DNA of 24,026 nucleotides from Armatimonadota bacterium (GTDB taxonomy: Bacteria > Armatimonadota > UBA5829 > DTLH01). Shown piece after piece: positions 16,496 to 24,026 of the stretch. The position numbers and the translations under genes are program-made. The first letter of the stretch is position 1. Every line of letters begins with the position of its first letter. The notes under the pieces were generated by a model. The model did not search any database. It was not told where the DNA came from and saw only the letters and a list, made by a program, of their open reading frames with translations. The DNA is taken from the NCBI GenBank assembly GCA_038207085.1, contig JBBRAE010000038.1:1-24026 (forward strand), written 5' to 3'.

Positions 16496-16606
16496 GGAGT
16501 GCGGCACGCTCGCGCCGCTTTGTTTTCGGGCGACAGGCAGGCGCGCAAGCGCCGAACCTGCACCGGTCGAAAGATCTGTGAAAGCGGCGCTCGCACGCCG
16601 CACTCC
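16496..16606. repeat. REP doublet (REPIN-like): two inverted GGAG-footed hairpins
   Basis: GGAGT-GCGGC-n8-GCCGC-TTT (16496-16521) and the inverted partner AAA-GCGGC-n8-GCCGC-ACTCC (16581-16606), 59-nt spacer. Confidence 0.75.
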
Positions 16607-16670
16607 GAGATCAGAACTTGCCGCCACCAGCGATGGCAACCAGGATATTCGCTGACAGCCTATATGCAGG

Positions 16671-16706
16671 AAACCGCCGCCAAAGAGAAAAACTCCCCGG
16701 CGGCGG
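16671..16706 (-). terminator. Possible terminator downstream of the isocitrate dehydrogenase gene
   Basis: CCGCCGCC (16674-16681) / GGCGGCGG (16699-16706) stem followed by only a short U-run on the minus strand. Confidence 0.4.
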
Positions 16707-16727
16707 CCAATCTCTGTTCCCTGTTAC

Positions 16728-17876
16728 CTAACCGTTCATCTCGCGAATAATCGCATCCGCGAACTCACTCGTTCCGACTGCGGTAGGGTCGTTTCGATCA
16801 GGCTTCATGTCGTAGGTGACGTCTTTGCCCTCTGCGATAACCTTGGCGACAGCTTTCTCAAGCTTGTCGGCCGCCTCAGTCTCACCGATGTGGCGGAGCA
16901 TCAGCATCCCCGAAAGGATCATCGCGGTCGGGTTGACCTTGTTCTTGCCCTTGTACTTCGGTGCGCTGCCGTGGGTCGGCTCAAAGAGCGCGATTCCGTC
17001 ACCGAGGTTCGCGCCGGGAGCGACACCAAGCCCGCCGACAAGCCCCGCACAGAGGTCCGAGAGGATATCGCCGTAGAGGTTCGGCATAGCGATCACATCG
17101 TAGAGCTCAGGCTTCTGCACGAGCTGCATGCACATGTTGTCCACAAGCCGCTCCTGGTAGACGATTCCCGCGCCCAAGCCGTCGACCTTGCCCACAAGCG
17201 TCGGGTCGGGCTCAACGTCCGCGAGGTCGTCCCACTCGAACTTCGCGCCGTAGGCCTTCGCGACCTGACGCGCGACCCGGTAGAAGAGTCCGTCGGTGAA
17301 CTTCATGATGTTCGCTTTGGCGACTGCGGTCACACTAGACCTGCCGTTTGCGATCGCATAATCAAAGGCATACTTGATGATCTGGCGGGTTCCGGTGACT
17401 GAAATCGGCTTGATCGAGATCGCCGCATCCTCACGGATCCTGCCGCCTGCCATCTTGATGATCTCCTTCGCCTCATCGCTTCCAAGATCGTACTCGACGC
17501 CAGCGTAGAGGTCTTCGGTGTTCTCACGGACGACCACGAGGTCAACGTCCTGATACTTGGACCTGATACCGGGGTAGTATTTGCAGGGCCGCAGGCATGC
17601 GTAGAGGTTCAGCTCCTTGCGAAGTGCGACGTTTACGCTCCTGAAACCGGTGCCGATCGGGGTTGTGATCGGGCCTTTGAGCGCGATTTTGTTGCGGCGA
17701 ATGCTCTCAAGCACCTGCTCGGGAAGCGGGGTGCCGTATTTGTCCATAACGTCGATGCCGGCTTCCTGGACCTCCCAGTCGATCTCGACTCCAGTCGCAT
17801 CGATAACCCGCCGGGTCGCCGCTGTAAGCTCAGGGCCGGTGCCGTCGCCGGGAATAAGTGTAATTTTGTAAGCCAA
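16728..17876 (-). CDS. icd: Isocitrate/isopropylmalate dehydrogenase family enzyme, most like NAD-type isocitrate dehydrogenase
   Basis: [78 protein letters not shown] start at 17876 with GGAGG 8 nt upstream. Confidence 0.8.
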   Translation of the reverse strand: MAYKITLIPGDGTGPELTAATRRVIDATGVEIDWEVQEAGIDVMDKYGTPLPEQVLESIRRNKIALKGPITTPIGTGFRSVNVALRKELNLYACLRPCKYYPGIRSKYQDVDLVVVRENTEDLYAGVEYDLGSDEAKEIIKMAGGRIREDAAISIKPISVTGTRQIIKYAFDYAIANGRSSVTAVAKANIMKFTDGLFYRVARQVAKAYGAKFEWDDLADVEPDPTLVGKVDGLGAGIVYQERLVDNMCMQLVQKPELYDVIAMPNLYGDILSDLCAGLVGGLGVAPGANLGDGIALFEPTHGSAPKYKGKNKVNPTAMILSGMLMLRHIGETEAADKLEKAVAKVIAEGKDVTYDMKPDRNDPTAVGTSEFADAIIREMNG

Positions 17877-18154
17877 AAGAAACTCCTCCATACCCGGTCG
17901 AGCGCCGGGCGATATTTAGCCAATAGTAACCAAGCCTATAATACCGTAATATATGGAGGAGGTTCAAGCCCGGAAATCCGGCGCAAAGACTATTTCAGCA
18001 GGCAGACTCATCGGCTATTCTCCTCGCTGGTTGAGCCAAGGGTACACCCGCCTATCAGTATTCGTCAACCCCGGAAGGAAACGGGAACCCTTGTGCATAA
18101 CACATGATGTATAGTTTAAAGAAGGATAAGCCGATTTCCCCGGCGCGGTGGCAG

Positions 18155-19234
18155 ATGGCAGAGGCAGAGAAGAACATCGAGGAAGTGCGAAACAAGATAG
18201 ATCGGATCGACCGCGAAATGGTCGACCTGATCAACAGGCGCGCGGAGTGCGCAATCGAGGTCGGCAAGCTGAAAGACGCCAAGACCGCGAGCATTTTTGC
18301 GCCTGAGCGAGAGGCGCAGGTGCTTGCCAAGGTTCTCGAGCAAAACCGCGGCCCGCTCCCCGACAAAACGATCTCCGCGATCTACCGCGAGGTCATCTCC
18401 GCCTGCCGCGCGCTCGAAAAGCCGATCACGGTCTGTTACTTCGGCCCCGCCGGGAGCAACACCCACATCGCAAGCATCCACCGATTCGGCGAGTCGACCG
18501 ACTTCATACCGGTCGAGACTATCCCCGACGTCTTCAACACCGTCGAGCGCCGCGAGGCAAACTACGGCGTCGTTCCGGTGGAGAACTCGACCGAAGGCAT
18601 AGTCAACCACACGCTTGATATGTTCCTGGTCTCAGATCTCAGAATCTGCGCCGAGATATTCACCCCGATCTCCCACAACATACTCTCAGCGGGCACCGAT
18701 CTCTCGCAGATCAAGCGCATCTACTCCATCGGCCAGGCGATCGCCCAGTGCCGCAACTGGCTAAGAACGCACCTTCCCGGCGTCGAGATCCTGGAGGTCT
18801 CAAGCACAGCCAAAGCCGCCAAACTATGCCAGGGCTACCCCTCAAGCGCCGCGATCGCCTCGACGCTCGCCGCCCGAGAGTATAACCTGAACATAATCTC
18901 AGAGGGAATCGAAGACAACCCCCACAACCGCACCCGCTTTTTGGTCGTCGGCTACAGCAAACCGAACCCCAGCGGCCGCGACAAGACCTCAATCGTCTTC
19001 AGCGTCCCCCACAAGTCCGGTGCGCTCTACAAGTCGCTCTCGATCTTCGACGCCGAGGGCCTGAACATGACCATGATCGAGTCGCGCCCGACCAAACAGA
19101 TGCCGTGGGAGTACGTCTTCTACATCGACGTGCAGGGCCACGAAAAAGACGAAGCCGTCCAAAACGCGCTGGCGAAACTCGCCGAGACGGCGCTTTTCGT
19201 GCGAGTGCTTGGGAGCTTTCCGGAGGCGGAATAA
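18155..19234 (+). CDS. pheA: Bifunctional chorismate mutase / prephenate dehydratase (P-protein)
   Basis: AroQ domain (VRNKIDRIDREMVDLINRRA...PERE), PDT motifs GVVPVENSTEG and NRTRFLV, ACT-domain IESRP; ATG 18155 preferred. Confidence 0.95.
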   Translation: MAEAEKNIEEVRNKIDRIDREMVDLINRRAECAIEVGKLKDAKTASIFAPEREAQVLAKVLEQNRGPLPDKTISAIYREVISACRALEKPITVCYFGPAGSNTHIASIHRFGESTDFIPVETIPDVFNTVERREANYGVVPVENSTEGIVNHTLDMFLVSDLRICAEIFTPISHNILSAGTDLSQIKRIYSIGQAIAQCRNWLRTHLPGVEILEVSSTAKAAKLCQGYPSSAAIASTLAAREYNLNIISEGIEDNPHNRTRFLVVGYSKPNPSGRDKTSIVFSVPHKSGALYKSLSIFDAEGLNMTMIESRPTKQMPWEYVFYIDVQGHEKDEAVQNALAKLAETALFVRVLGSFPEAE

Positions 19235-19255
19235 GCTATTACGGAGGATTTCATA

Positions 19256-19486
19256 ATGGCCGCTTTTGACAGAATCACAGTAGAATCAGGCAAGATGAAC
19301 GGGCAGCCCTGCATACGGGGCTTGCGACTCACCGTACGCAGAGTGCTTGAGGCGCTCGCATTATATCCTGACCGCGAAGAACTCCAGCGCGAATATCCGG
19401 AGCTTAACGACGAGGACATCCGGCAAGCACTTGCCTATGCAGCAGCGAATCTTGATGATTCAGTCATGGATCTTCCTGCAAGTTGA
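19256..19486 (+). CDS. DUF433-family antitoxin
   Basis: RITVESGKMNGQPCIRGLRLTV..VL...YPEL..EDIRQALAYAA is the DUF433 signature; GGAGG RBS. Confidence 0.9.
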   Translation: MAAFDRITVESGKMNGQPCIRGLRLTVRRVLEALALYPDREELQREYPELNDEDIRQALAYAAANLDDSVMDLPAS

Positions 19487-19851
19487 TGAGAGTATTGCTT
19501 GACCAGGGTCTGCCGTATTCGGCAGCGTCAATTCTGACTCAACAAGGCATCGACACTCTCCACGTCGGTGACATAGGAGCGTCTTCAGCCACCGACGAAG
19601 AGATTGTACAGATAGCGCGGAATCGACAAATGGTTATTGTAACGCTCGATGCCGATTTCCACGCCATCTTGGCTCTTTCCGGACAACACTCACCGTCCGT
19701 TATCCGCATACGTGTAGAAGGACTTCGGGCAGAATGGCTGGCAAGCCTTCTTCAAATGGTCATTGAAAGATGCCGAGAACAGTTAGCGAGCGGCGCGTTG
19801 GTAACTGTCACAGAGAACAAGCTACGAGTTAGGCGTTTGCCCATAGCTTAG
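19486..19851 (+). CDS. DUF5615-family PIN-like toxin
   Basis: MRVLLDQGL...DEEI...IVTLDADF...PSVIRIR; TGATG overlap with the DUF433 gene. Confidence 0.88.
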   Translation: MRVLLDQGLPYSAASILTQQGIDTLHVGDIGASSATDEEIVQIARNRQMVIVTLDADFHAILALSGQHSPSVIRIRVEGLRAEWLASLLQMVIERCREQLASGALVTVTENKLRVRRLPIA

Positions 19852-19924
19852 CCCGCTTTATTCGTGAAGCGAATAAAGCTTTCGCTAACAGAGCATTATT
19901 CACGCTACTCGTGAATAATGCGGG
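19852..19924. mobile_element. 73-bp MITE-like element, full copy, 4-bp target duplication TTAG
   Basis: TTAG (19848-19851, contains the toxin stop codon) and TTAG (19925-19928) flank a copy identical to 4050-4122. Confidence 0.9.
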
Positions 19925-19981
19925 TTAGTGATCTGGCGGAATAAGTAAGAACCGTCCACAACATCAATAGGGGGTATTACA

Positions 19982-20416
19982 GTGGCAAGTGGTTCATGGC
20001 TTGGAGCTTATGTTATCGGAGGGGCACTGGTCTACGGACTGGTCGCGTGGCAACTGTCCAAGAGGCGTAATCGATCCAACAAGTGTGCGCGCTGTGGCGC
20101 AGAGCTAGACGCAGAAACCCGTGAGACTGGCATTCCATTCGACGCTGATACAGGACAAGCCGGTATGCAGGTGATGATGTGCCCCAAGTGCGCAAACACA
20201 ACGGCACGAAACTACCGCGCGTGCTACTACCTATTCATGGTTATGGGCATCACCGGCATCCTCGGTGGGCTGCTATGCGTTGCTACCGAGCTTGCAGCAG
20301 GCAAGTTCACCCTATCCGATCTCTGTACCGCATTATCTATGGCTGCACCAGGAATACTGATGATGTCTTACGGAAAAGCCGTGAGGCAGTGGCTGAAGAA
20401 CCGTGAAGGAAAGTAG
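19982..20416 (+). CDS. Small membrane protein with putative zinc ribbon
   Basis: 144 aa; AGGGGG RBS; TM segment, CARC...CPKC, two further hydrophobic segments. Confidence 0.6.
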   Translation: MASGSWLGAYVIGGALVYGLVAWQLSKRRNRSNKCARCGAELDAETRETGIPFDADTGQAGMQVMMCPKCANTTARNYRACYYLFMVMGITGILGGLLCVATELAAGKFTLSDLCTALSMAAPGILMMSYGKAVRQWLKNREGK

Positions 20417-20502
20417 CCACGAACGGTTCGCGTCCGATCAGGTGGGTAACAGAACAACCCCGAGCTTTGCAAATGGGCCGATGAGGCGCTGGAGCAGATC
20501 AC

Positions 20503-21639
20503 TTAGCCGGAGGACCCGATCAGCCGCACCATAGTCCGATAATTCGCCATCGTCCGCTCAGATATCTCTCTGCCGTAGGGCGAGGCCGACGGCATCAGCA
20601 CGAACCCTCTCCCCTCGCCGCAGGTCCCGTCCTCGATCGCCTGCGCGACGACGCGCTCAAATTGGGACGGCTCCATATTCTCGATGTCGGAGATCTCAAG
20701 GTTTCCAAAGAGCACTAGATCGCGCCCATACTCCCGCCGAACCTCCGAGATAAGCACGTCCCCCTGTGGCGGCGGCTCAATGGGGTCGATTGCGTCCGCG
20801 CCAATCGCGACAATCATCGGAAGCGCGCTTTTGATCCGCCCGTGGCTGTGAACCCTGGCGAACCCGCCCCAGCGCTTTATCGCCTCGACGATAGGTCCGG
20901 TGTAGCGCACGACATATTCCTCAAAAAGTCGGGGCGGCAGATACGGCTCACACGCGTATTCCGGCCCATATATGCGCCAGAGTCTTCCGGGGAAGTGCTC
21001 GGCGACAAACTCAGTGCGAGCATAAAGCCCCCTCGAAAGCTTTTCCAAGAGCGCGTGAAATAGCTCCGGCTCAGTGAGCGCGATGATGGTGTAGTCCTCC
21101 ATCGAAAATAGCCCCGCCGCAAGACACAAGGGATCGGCTGTATCGACCATAACGATCCCACGATCCCCAAGCTCGGCCTCCTCTTCGATCAGCCCAGAGA
21201 CGTCGCACTCGAACGAAAATGCCTCGTCGGGAAGTTGCAGGTAGGCCTTCAGGTCGTCGGTATCCTTTAGAAGATGCTCAAGCGTCCAGGTAGTATCAGT
21301 GTCCGGGTCGCGCCGAGTAAGTGAGGTCATAGTCCTCTCAGCAACCCGGAGAGTAGTGCGGACAAACCGCGATCCGTCCTCAATATAACTCTCTTCGACA
21401 AAGAACTCCCCCGCGCAGTTGTCCACCGCTGCCGTCACCTTTGGCATACGCATACGAATGAGGTCAGTGCTGCGCTCGGCCAGTTCCAGAAGCTCCTGCC
21501 AGTTCGGGGAATTATAGATATTGAACGGGTCCGGGTCGCACCGATCCACCTTGAACCCGCCGATCTCATAAAGACTGACCGCCGGCCTGTCGACCGTCTC
21601 TCCTCGAAGCGTAGCCATCAGTCTCTCGCGCCTCGTCAT
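20503..21639 (-). CDS. Uroporphyrinogen decarboxylase / MtaA-like (URO-D superfamily) protein of unknown substrate
   Basis: MTRRERLMATLRGETVDRPAV N-terminus, FEEYVVRY, VHSHG, GADAIDPIEPPPQGD, LVLFGNL, GFVLMPS. Confidence 0.8.
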   Translation of the reverse strand: MTRRERLMATLRGETVDRPAVSLYEIGGFKVDRCDPDPFNIYNSPNWQELLELAERSTDLIRMRMPKVTAAVDNCAGEFFVEESYIEDGSRFVRTTLRVAERTMTSLTRRDPDTDTTWTLEHLLKDTDDLKAYLQLPDEAFSFECDVSGLIEEEAELGDRGIVMVDTADPLCLAAGLFSMEDYTIIALTEPELFHALLEKLSRGLYARTEFVAEHFPGRLWRIYGPEYACEPYLPPRLFEEYVVRYTGPIVEAIKRWGGFARVHSHGRIKSALPMIVAIGADAIDPIEPPPQGDVLISEVRREYGRDLVLFGNLEISDIENMEPSQFERVVAQAIEDGTCGEGRGFVLMPSASPYGREISERTMANYRTMVRLIGSSG

Positions 21640-22553
21640 ACTATCATCAGCATCCCCTCAATCGCACGCCTCGCCCGATCGGCCACATCCTCCGGCACAG
21701 TCACTTCATAGACCATATCTTCAAGCGACCAGAGCACCTTCTCAAGCGTGATCTTCTTCATATTCGGGCAGATATTTAGCGCGCATGGGTTGTAGAACTT
21801 CTTGGCCGGGTTCTCTTTTTCAAGCTGGTGCATAATCCCGCGCTCTGTGCAAAGAATGACCTCCTGCGCGTCGTTCTCCCGCACCCAGCGGATCATCTGC
21901 GAGGTGCTCGCGACGAGATCGGCAAGCTCGGTCACGTCGGTCGTGCATTCGGGGTGAGCCAGCACTACCGCCTGTGGATGCTCCTGCTTGGCCCGCATAA
22001 CGTCCTGCGAGAAAATCCGGTGGTGCGTCGGGCAAAAACCGGGATAAGGGACGATCTTTTTGTTGGTTTTCGACGCGATATAGGTCGCAAGCGACTTGTC
22101 GGGCACGCAGATGATCTCGTCGGCCTCGATCGACTCGACCACTTTCAGCGCGTTCGCCGACGTGCAGCAGATATCGGCCTCGGCCTTCACCTCAGCTGTA
22201 GTGTTGACGTAGGCGACGACCGGAAGCCCCGGGTGCTGCGCCTTGAACTCGCGCAGGCGCTCAACGTCGATCATATTCGCCATCGGGCACCCCGCGTGCA
22301 GGTCCGGGATCAGCACCGTGCGAGTCGGCGAGAGTATCTTCGCGGTCTCTGCCATAAAATGCACGCCGCAAAAGACGATCACATCGGCGTCAGTCTCAGC
22401 TGCCCGCCGCGAGAGCTCAAGCGAGTCCCCCGCGAAGTCGGCGATATCCTGGACCTCGCCTATCTGATAGTTATGCGCAAGTATCACCGCGTTACGTTCA
22501 CGGCGAAGCTTGTTGATCTGTTCGATTATTTCAATATCTGTTTGTGCAGCCAT
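21636..22553 (-). CDS. nadA: Quinolinate synthase A
   Basis: ILAHNYQ, GDSLELS, VFCGVHFMAETAK, AGCPMA, YVNT, CTSAN, CPTH, AHPEC, CPNMK; ATG 22553 preferred; 4-nt overlap with the downstream gene. Confidence 0.95.
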   Translation of the reverse strand: MAAQTDIEIIEQINKLRRERNAVILAHNYQIGEVQDIADFAGDSLELSRRAAETDADVIVFCGVHFMAETAKILSPTRTVLIPDLHAGCPMANMIDVERLREFKAQHPGLPVVAYVNTTAEVKAEADICCTSANALKVVESIEADEIICVPDKSLATYIASKTNKKIVPYPGFCPTHHRIFSQDVMRAKQEHPQAVVLAHPECTTDVTELADLVASTSQMIRWVRENDAQEVILCTERGIMHQLEKENPAKKFYNPCALNICPNMKKITLEKVLWSLEDMVYEVTVPEDVADRARRAIEGMLMIV

Positions 22554-22590
22554 AATTCCCAAGTTGTGATTACTCAAGTTCTAGAACACA

Positions 22591-22619
22591 ATTCTAACAC
22601 GCCGCGCCTGCTTAGGCAA
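22591..22619 (-). promoter_or_regulatory. Sigma70-type promoter for nadA
   Basis: TTGCCT (22619-22614), 17-bp spacer, TG-T-TAGAAT (22599-22591). Confidence 0.55.
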
Positions 22620-22762
22620 ATCGCGCCGCAATTCGACCAGGCTTACGGCGCTGACGCGCTTGCTTTCCACGACCAGCCCTTGGGTATAGACACATGTGTG
22701 TGGTGCTTCACAGATACGGCTCGCGCCGTAGAGCCCCAACACAAGAAGAGGAGTGCCCAAGA

Positions 22763-23317
22763 ATGTACGCAACTCAGGACTTGCGCGACGAGCACGAAGG
22801 TATCAAAGTAGCCCTTTCGGTTCTGGAACACATGGCCAATGAGATCGAAGCCGGACGTCCGCTCAACCTCGACGACCTGGAACAGATCATCGACTTTCTA
22901 AAGACGTTCGCGGACCGCTGCCACCACGGCAAGGAAGAAGACCTGCTGTTTCCGGCGCTGGAACGGGCCGGGATCCAAAGAAACAACGGCCCAATCGGCG
23001 TAATGCTCACCGAGCACGCTCACGGGCGCGAGTACATCAACGCCATGACCGATGCTCTTGCCGGTCTGCGCGCAGGTGACCACCAGGCCCAAACAGCATT
23101 CGCCGCCGCGGCCCGTGGATACGCCCAACTTCTCGGCGATCACATCGAGAAAGAAAACACTGTTCTTTTCGTTATGGCCGAGCAGCACCTCACGCCCGAG
23201 GAACACGCAGAGCTATCGAAGGGTTTCGAGCAGATCGAACAGGAACGCATCGGCCCAGGGGTACACGAGCGATACCACGCGCTTCTCGACCGCCTTAGCC
23301 ACGATTACCTGACCTAA
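22763..23317 (+). CDS. Hemerythrin/HHE cation-binding domain protein
   Basis: LRDEH, FADRCHHGKEEDLLFP, GPIGVMLTEH, HIEKENTVLF; GAGGAG RBS before ATG 22763. Confidence 0.9.
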   Translation: MYATQDLRDEHEGIKVALSVLEHMANEIEAGRPLNLDDLEQIIDFLKTFADRCHHGKEEDLLFPALERAGIQRNNGPIGVMLTEHAHGREYINAMTDALAGLRAGDHQAQTAFAAAARGYAQLLGDHIEKENTVLFVMAEQHLTPEEHAELSKGFEQIEQERIGPGVHERYHALLDRLSHDYLT

Positions 23318-23379
23318 TGCTAACGGTGTCGCGTCTCCAGGCGCGACACCATCAGCCGATTCACTGGGTTGGTCTGGCA

Positions 23380-23598
23380 CTACTTAATGGCGAAGACTAC
23401 CTTGACGTTGACGAGTCTATCAAACTGCGGCACCACCCCCACATCGATGCACGCGAGCGCATCGTCAACGGGCATCTGGATGCTGGGAGCCTCGCTATAC
23501 AAGCCCATCGGTGTTACGCTTGTGGCCGGTCCAAGTGTCTGCCCAAAACTTGCCGCAATGCGCGTCGCCTGTGCAGAGACATCCCCAACACCAAAGAG
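23380..23598 (-). pseudogene. 5'-truncated SIMPL (DUF541/YggE)-like gene fragment
   Basis: Minus-strand frame not in the ORF track: LFGVGDVSAQATRIAASFGQTLGPATSV...RLVNVKVVFAIK*, resembling the SIMPL C-terminus (DA..KA..IA...G..LG....I ... V.VVF.I). Confidence 0.55.
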
Positions 23599-23810
23599 CG
23601 ATATTCCGTCCCGAAGACGTCGTCGCGGCTGGCACAGAGATCGTTCTGACCGCCCTCTCCGGCCGCCACGCCGTGCGCCACAGGCTGGAGGAACTGGGCT
23701 ACCGGGTTACCCCCGATGACCTGGAGCACATCCATCCCAGGTTCCTCGCGCTCGCCGACACCAAAAAGCAGGTCCACGACACAGACCTGCACGTGCTGAT
23801 GGGTGAGTAA
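23598..23810 (+). pseudogene. 5'-truncated fragment of a short-form 2-isopropylmalate synthase (LeuA)/homocitrate synthase family gene
   Basis: IFRPEDV...IVLTALSGRHAVRHRLEELGY...RFLALADTKKQVHDTDL matches the post-catalytic helical region of LeuA-family enzymes; the TIM-barrel part (DTTLRDGEQ) is absent. Confidence 0.8.
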
Positions 23811-23882
23811 CCACATGGCCCCGGACAGCCACAATACCCGGCCATGGCCGACAGAATTCACCTACATTAGATTGCCAAATAG

Positions 23883-23911
23883 AAAACCCCGGGAGCAGTC
23901 TCCGGGGTCTT
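23883..23911. terminator. Probable intrinsic terminator between convergent units
   Basis: ACCCCGG (23886-23892) / CCGGGGT (23902-23908) stem with an A-run on the left (U-tail on the minus strand). Confidence 0.6.
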
Positions 23912-23936
23912 CCAATGGGACAAAGATATGAGCCTC

Positions 23937-24026
23937 TCAGTACCAGAAGCTTGGCAGCACATCGCGCTCGGCTTCGAGCAGCTCACTGATGCACGCATCC
24001 GCGTCGCCGATGTTGTTGCAGATGGG
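23937..24026 (-). CDS. C-terminal end of a gene, probably a family 4 glycoside hydrolase (truncated by the window edge)
   Basis: PICNNIGDADACISELLEAERDVLPSFWY* resembles the GH4 C-terminus (P....A....ELLEA....LP.F); only 29 aa visible. Confidence 0.5.
   Translation of the reverse strand, partial: PICNNIGDADACISELLEAERDVLPSFWY

Larger units (their letters stand above)
19225..19945. repeat. 11-bp direct repeat GGCGGAATAAG bracketing the toxin-antitoxin module
   Basis: Copies at 19225-19235 (includes the pheA stop codon) and 19935-19945. Confidence 0.55.

Noticed and set aside
106..19924. The repeats as a CRISPR array
   Set aside because: Copies are kilobases apart with no regular spacers and no cas genes
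19883..19930. Module B as an integron attC site (CGCTAAC...GTTAGTG)
   Set aside because: Only about 48 bp, a perfect stem without extrahelical bases, GTT absent at this position in the other two full copies (GAT), no integrase, and one copy lies inside a gene with a target duplication
21828..22811. Long antisense ORFs (this 327-aa one, also 10357-11187, 7894-8625, 2627-3346, 4662-5348)
   Set aside because: Shadow frames of well-supported genes in GC-rich DNA, with no recognisable motifs or RBS over the overlapping parts
23317..23719. Plus-strand ORFs 23317-23649 and 23369-23719 as real genes
   Set aside because: Better explained as shadows of the SIMPL-like and LeuA-like fragments
1..24026. 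tRNA, rRNA, transposase, integrase or prophage genes
   Set aside because: None recognisable by eye in the window

Overview
24-kb window of a moderately GC-rich bacterial chromosome (taxon not determinable from the sequence alone). It carries housekeeping genes (trxB, pckA, an isocitrate dehydrogenase-like gene, pheA, nadA), signalling genes (CBS-GGDEF, an atypical NarL/LuxR regulator, an HD protein) and carbohydrate enzymes. These are interspersed with small accessory modules (a BglII/BstYI-like endonuclease + MT-A70 methyltransferase pair, a DUF433/DUF5615 toxin-antitoxin pair, a decayed hicAB) and several pseudogene scars. The most striking signal is a 73-bp double-hairpin element present as three full copies (4050-4122, 9076-9148, 19852-19924) and one half copy (106-138). 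It has imperfect terminal inverted repeats (CCCGCwTTATTC) and is always flanked by NTAG tetranucleotides, duplicated exactly in two copies. One copy demonstrably interrupts a hicB gene: removing it plus one ATAG restores a complete 72-aa ORF. The element is built from two hairpin modules joined by a target-like CTAA, the loop of the first hairpin occurs in both orientations, and the flanking TAGs often coincide with gene stop codons. No transposase is in the window. A separate REP-doublet-like element lies at 16496-16606. All product calls come from motif recognition by eye, not from database searches.
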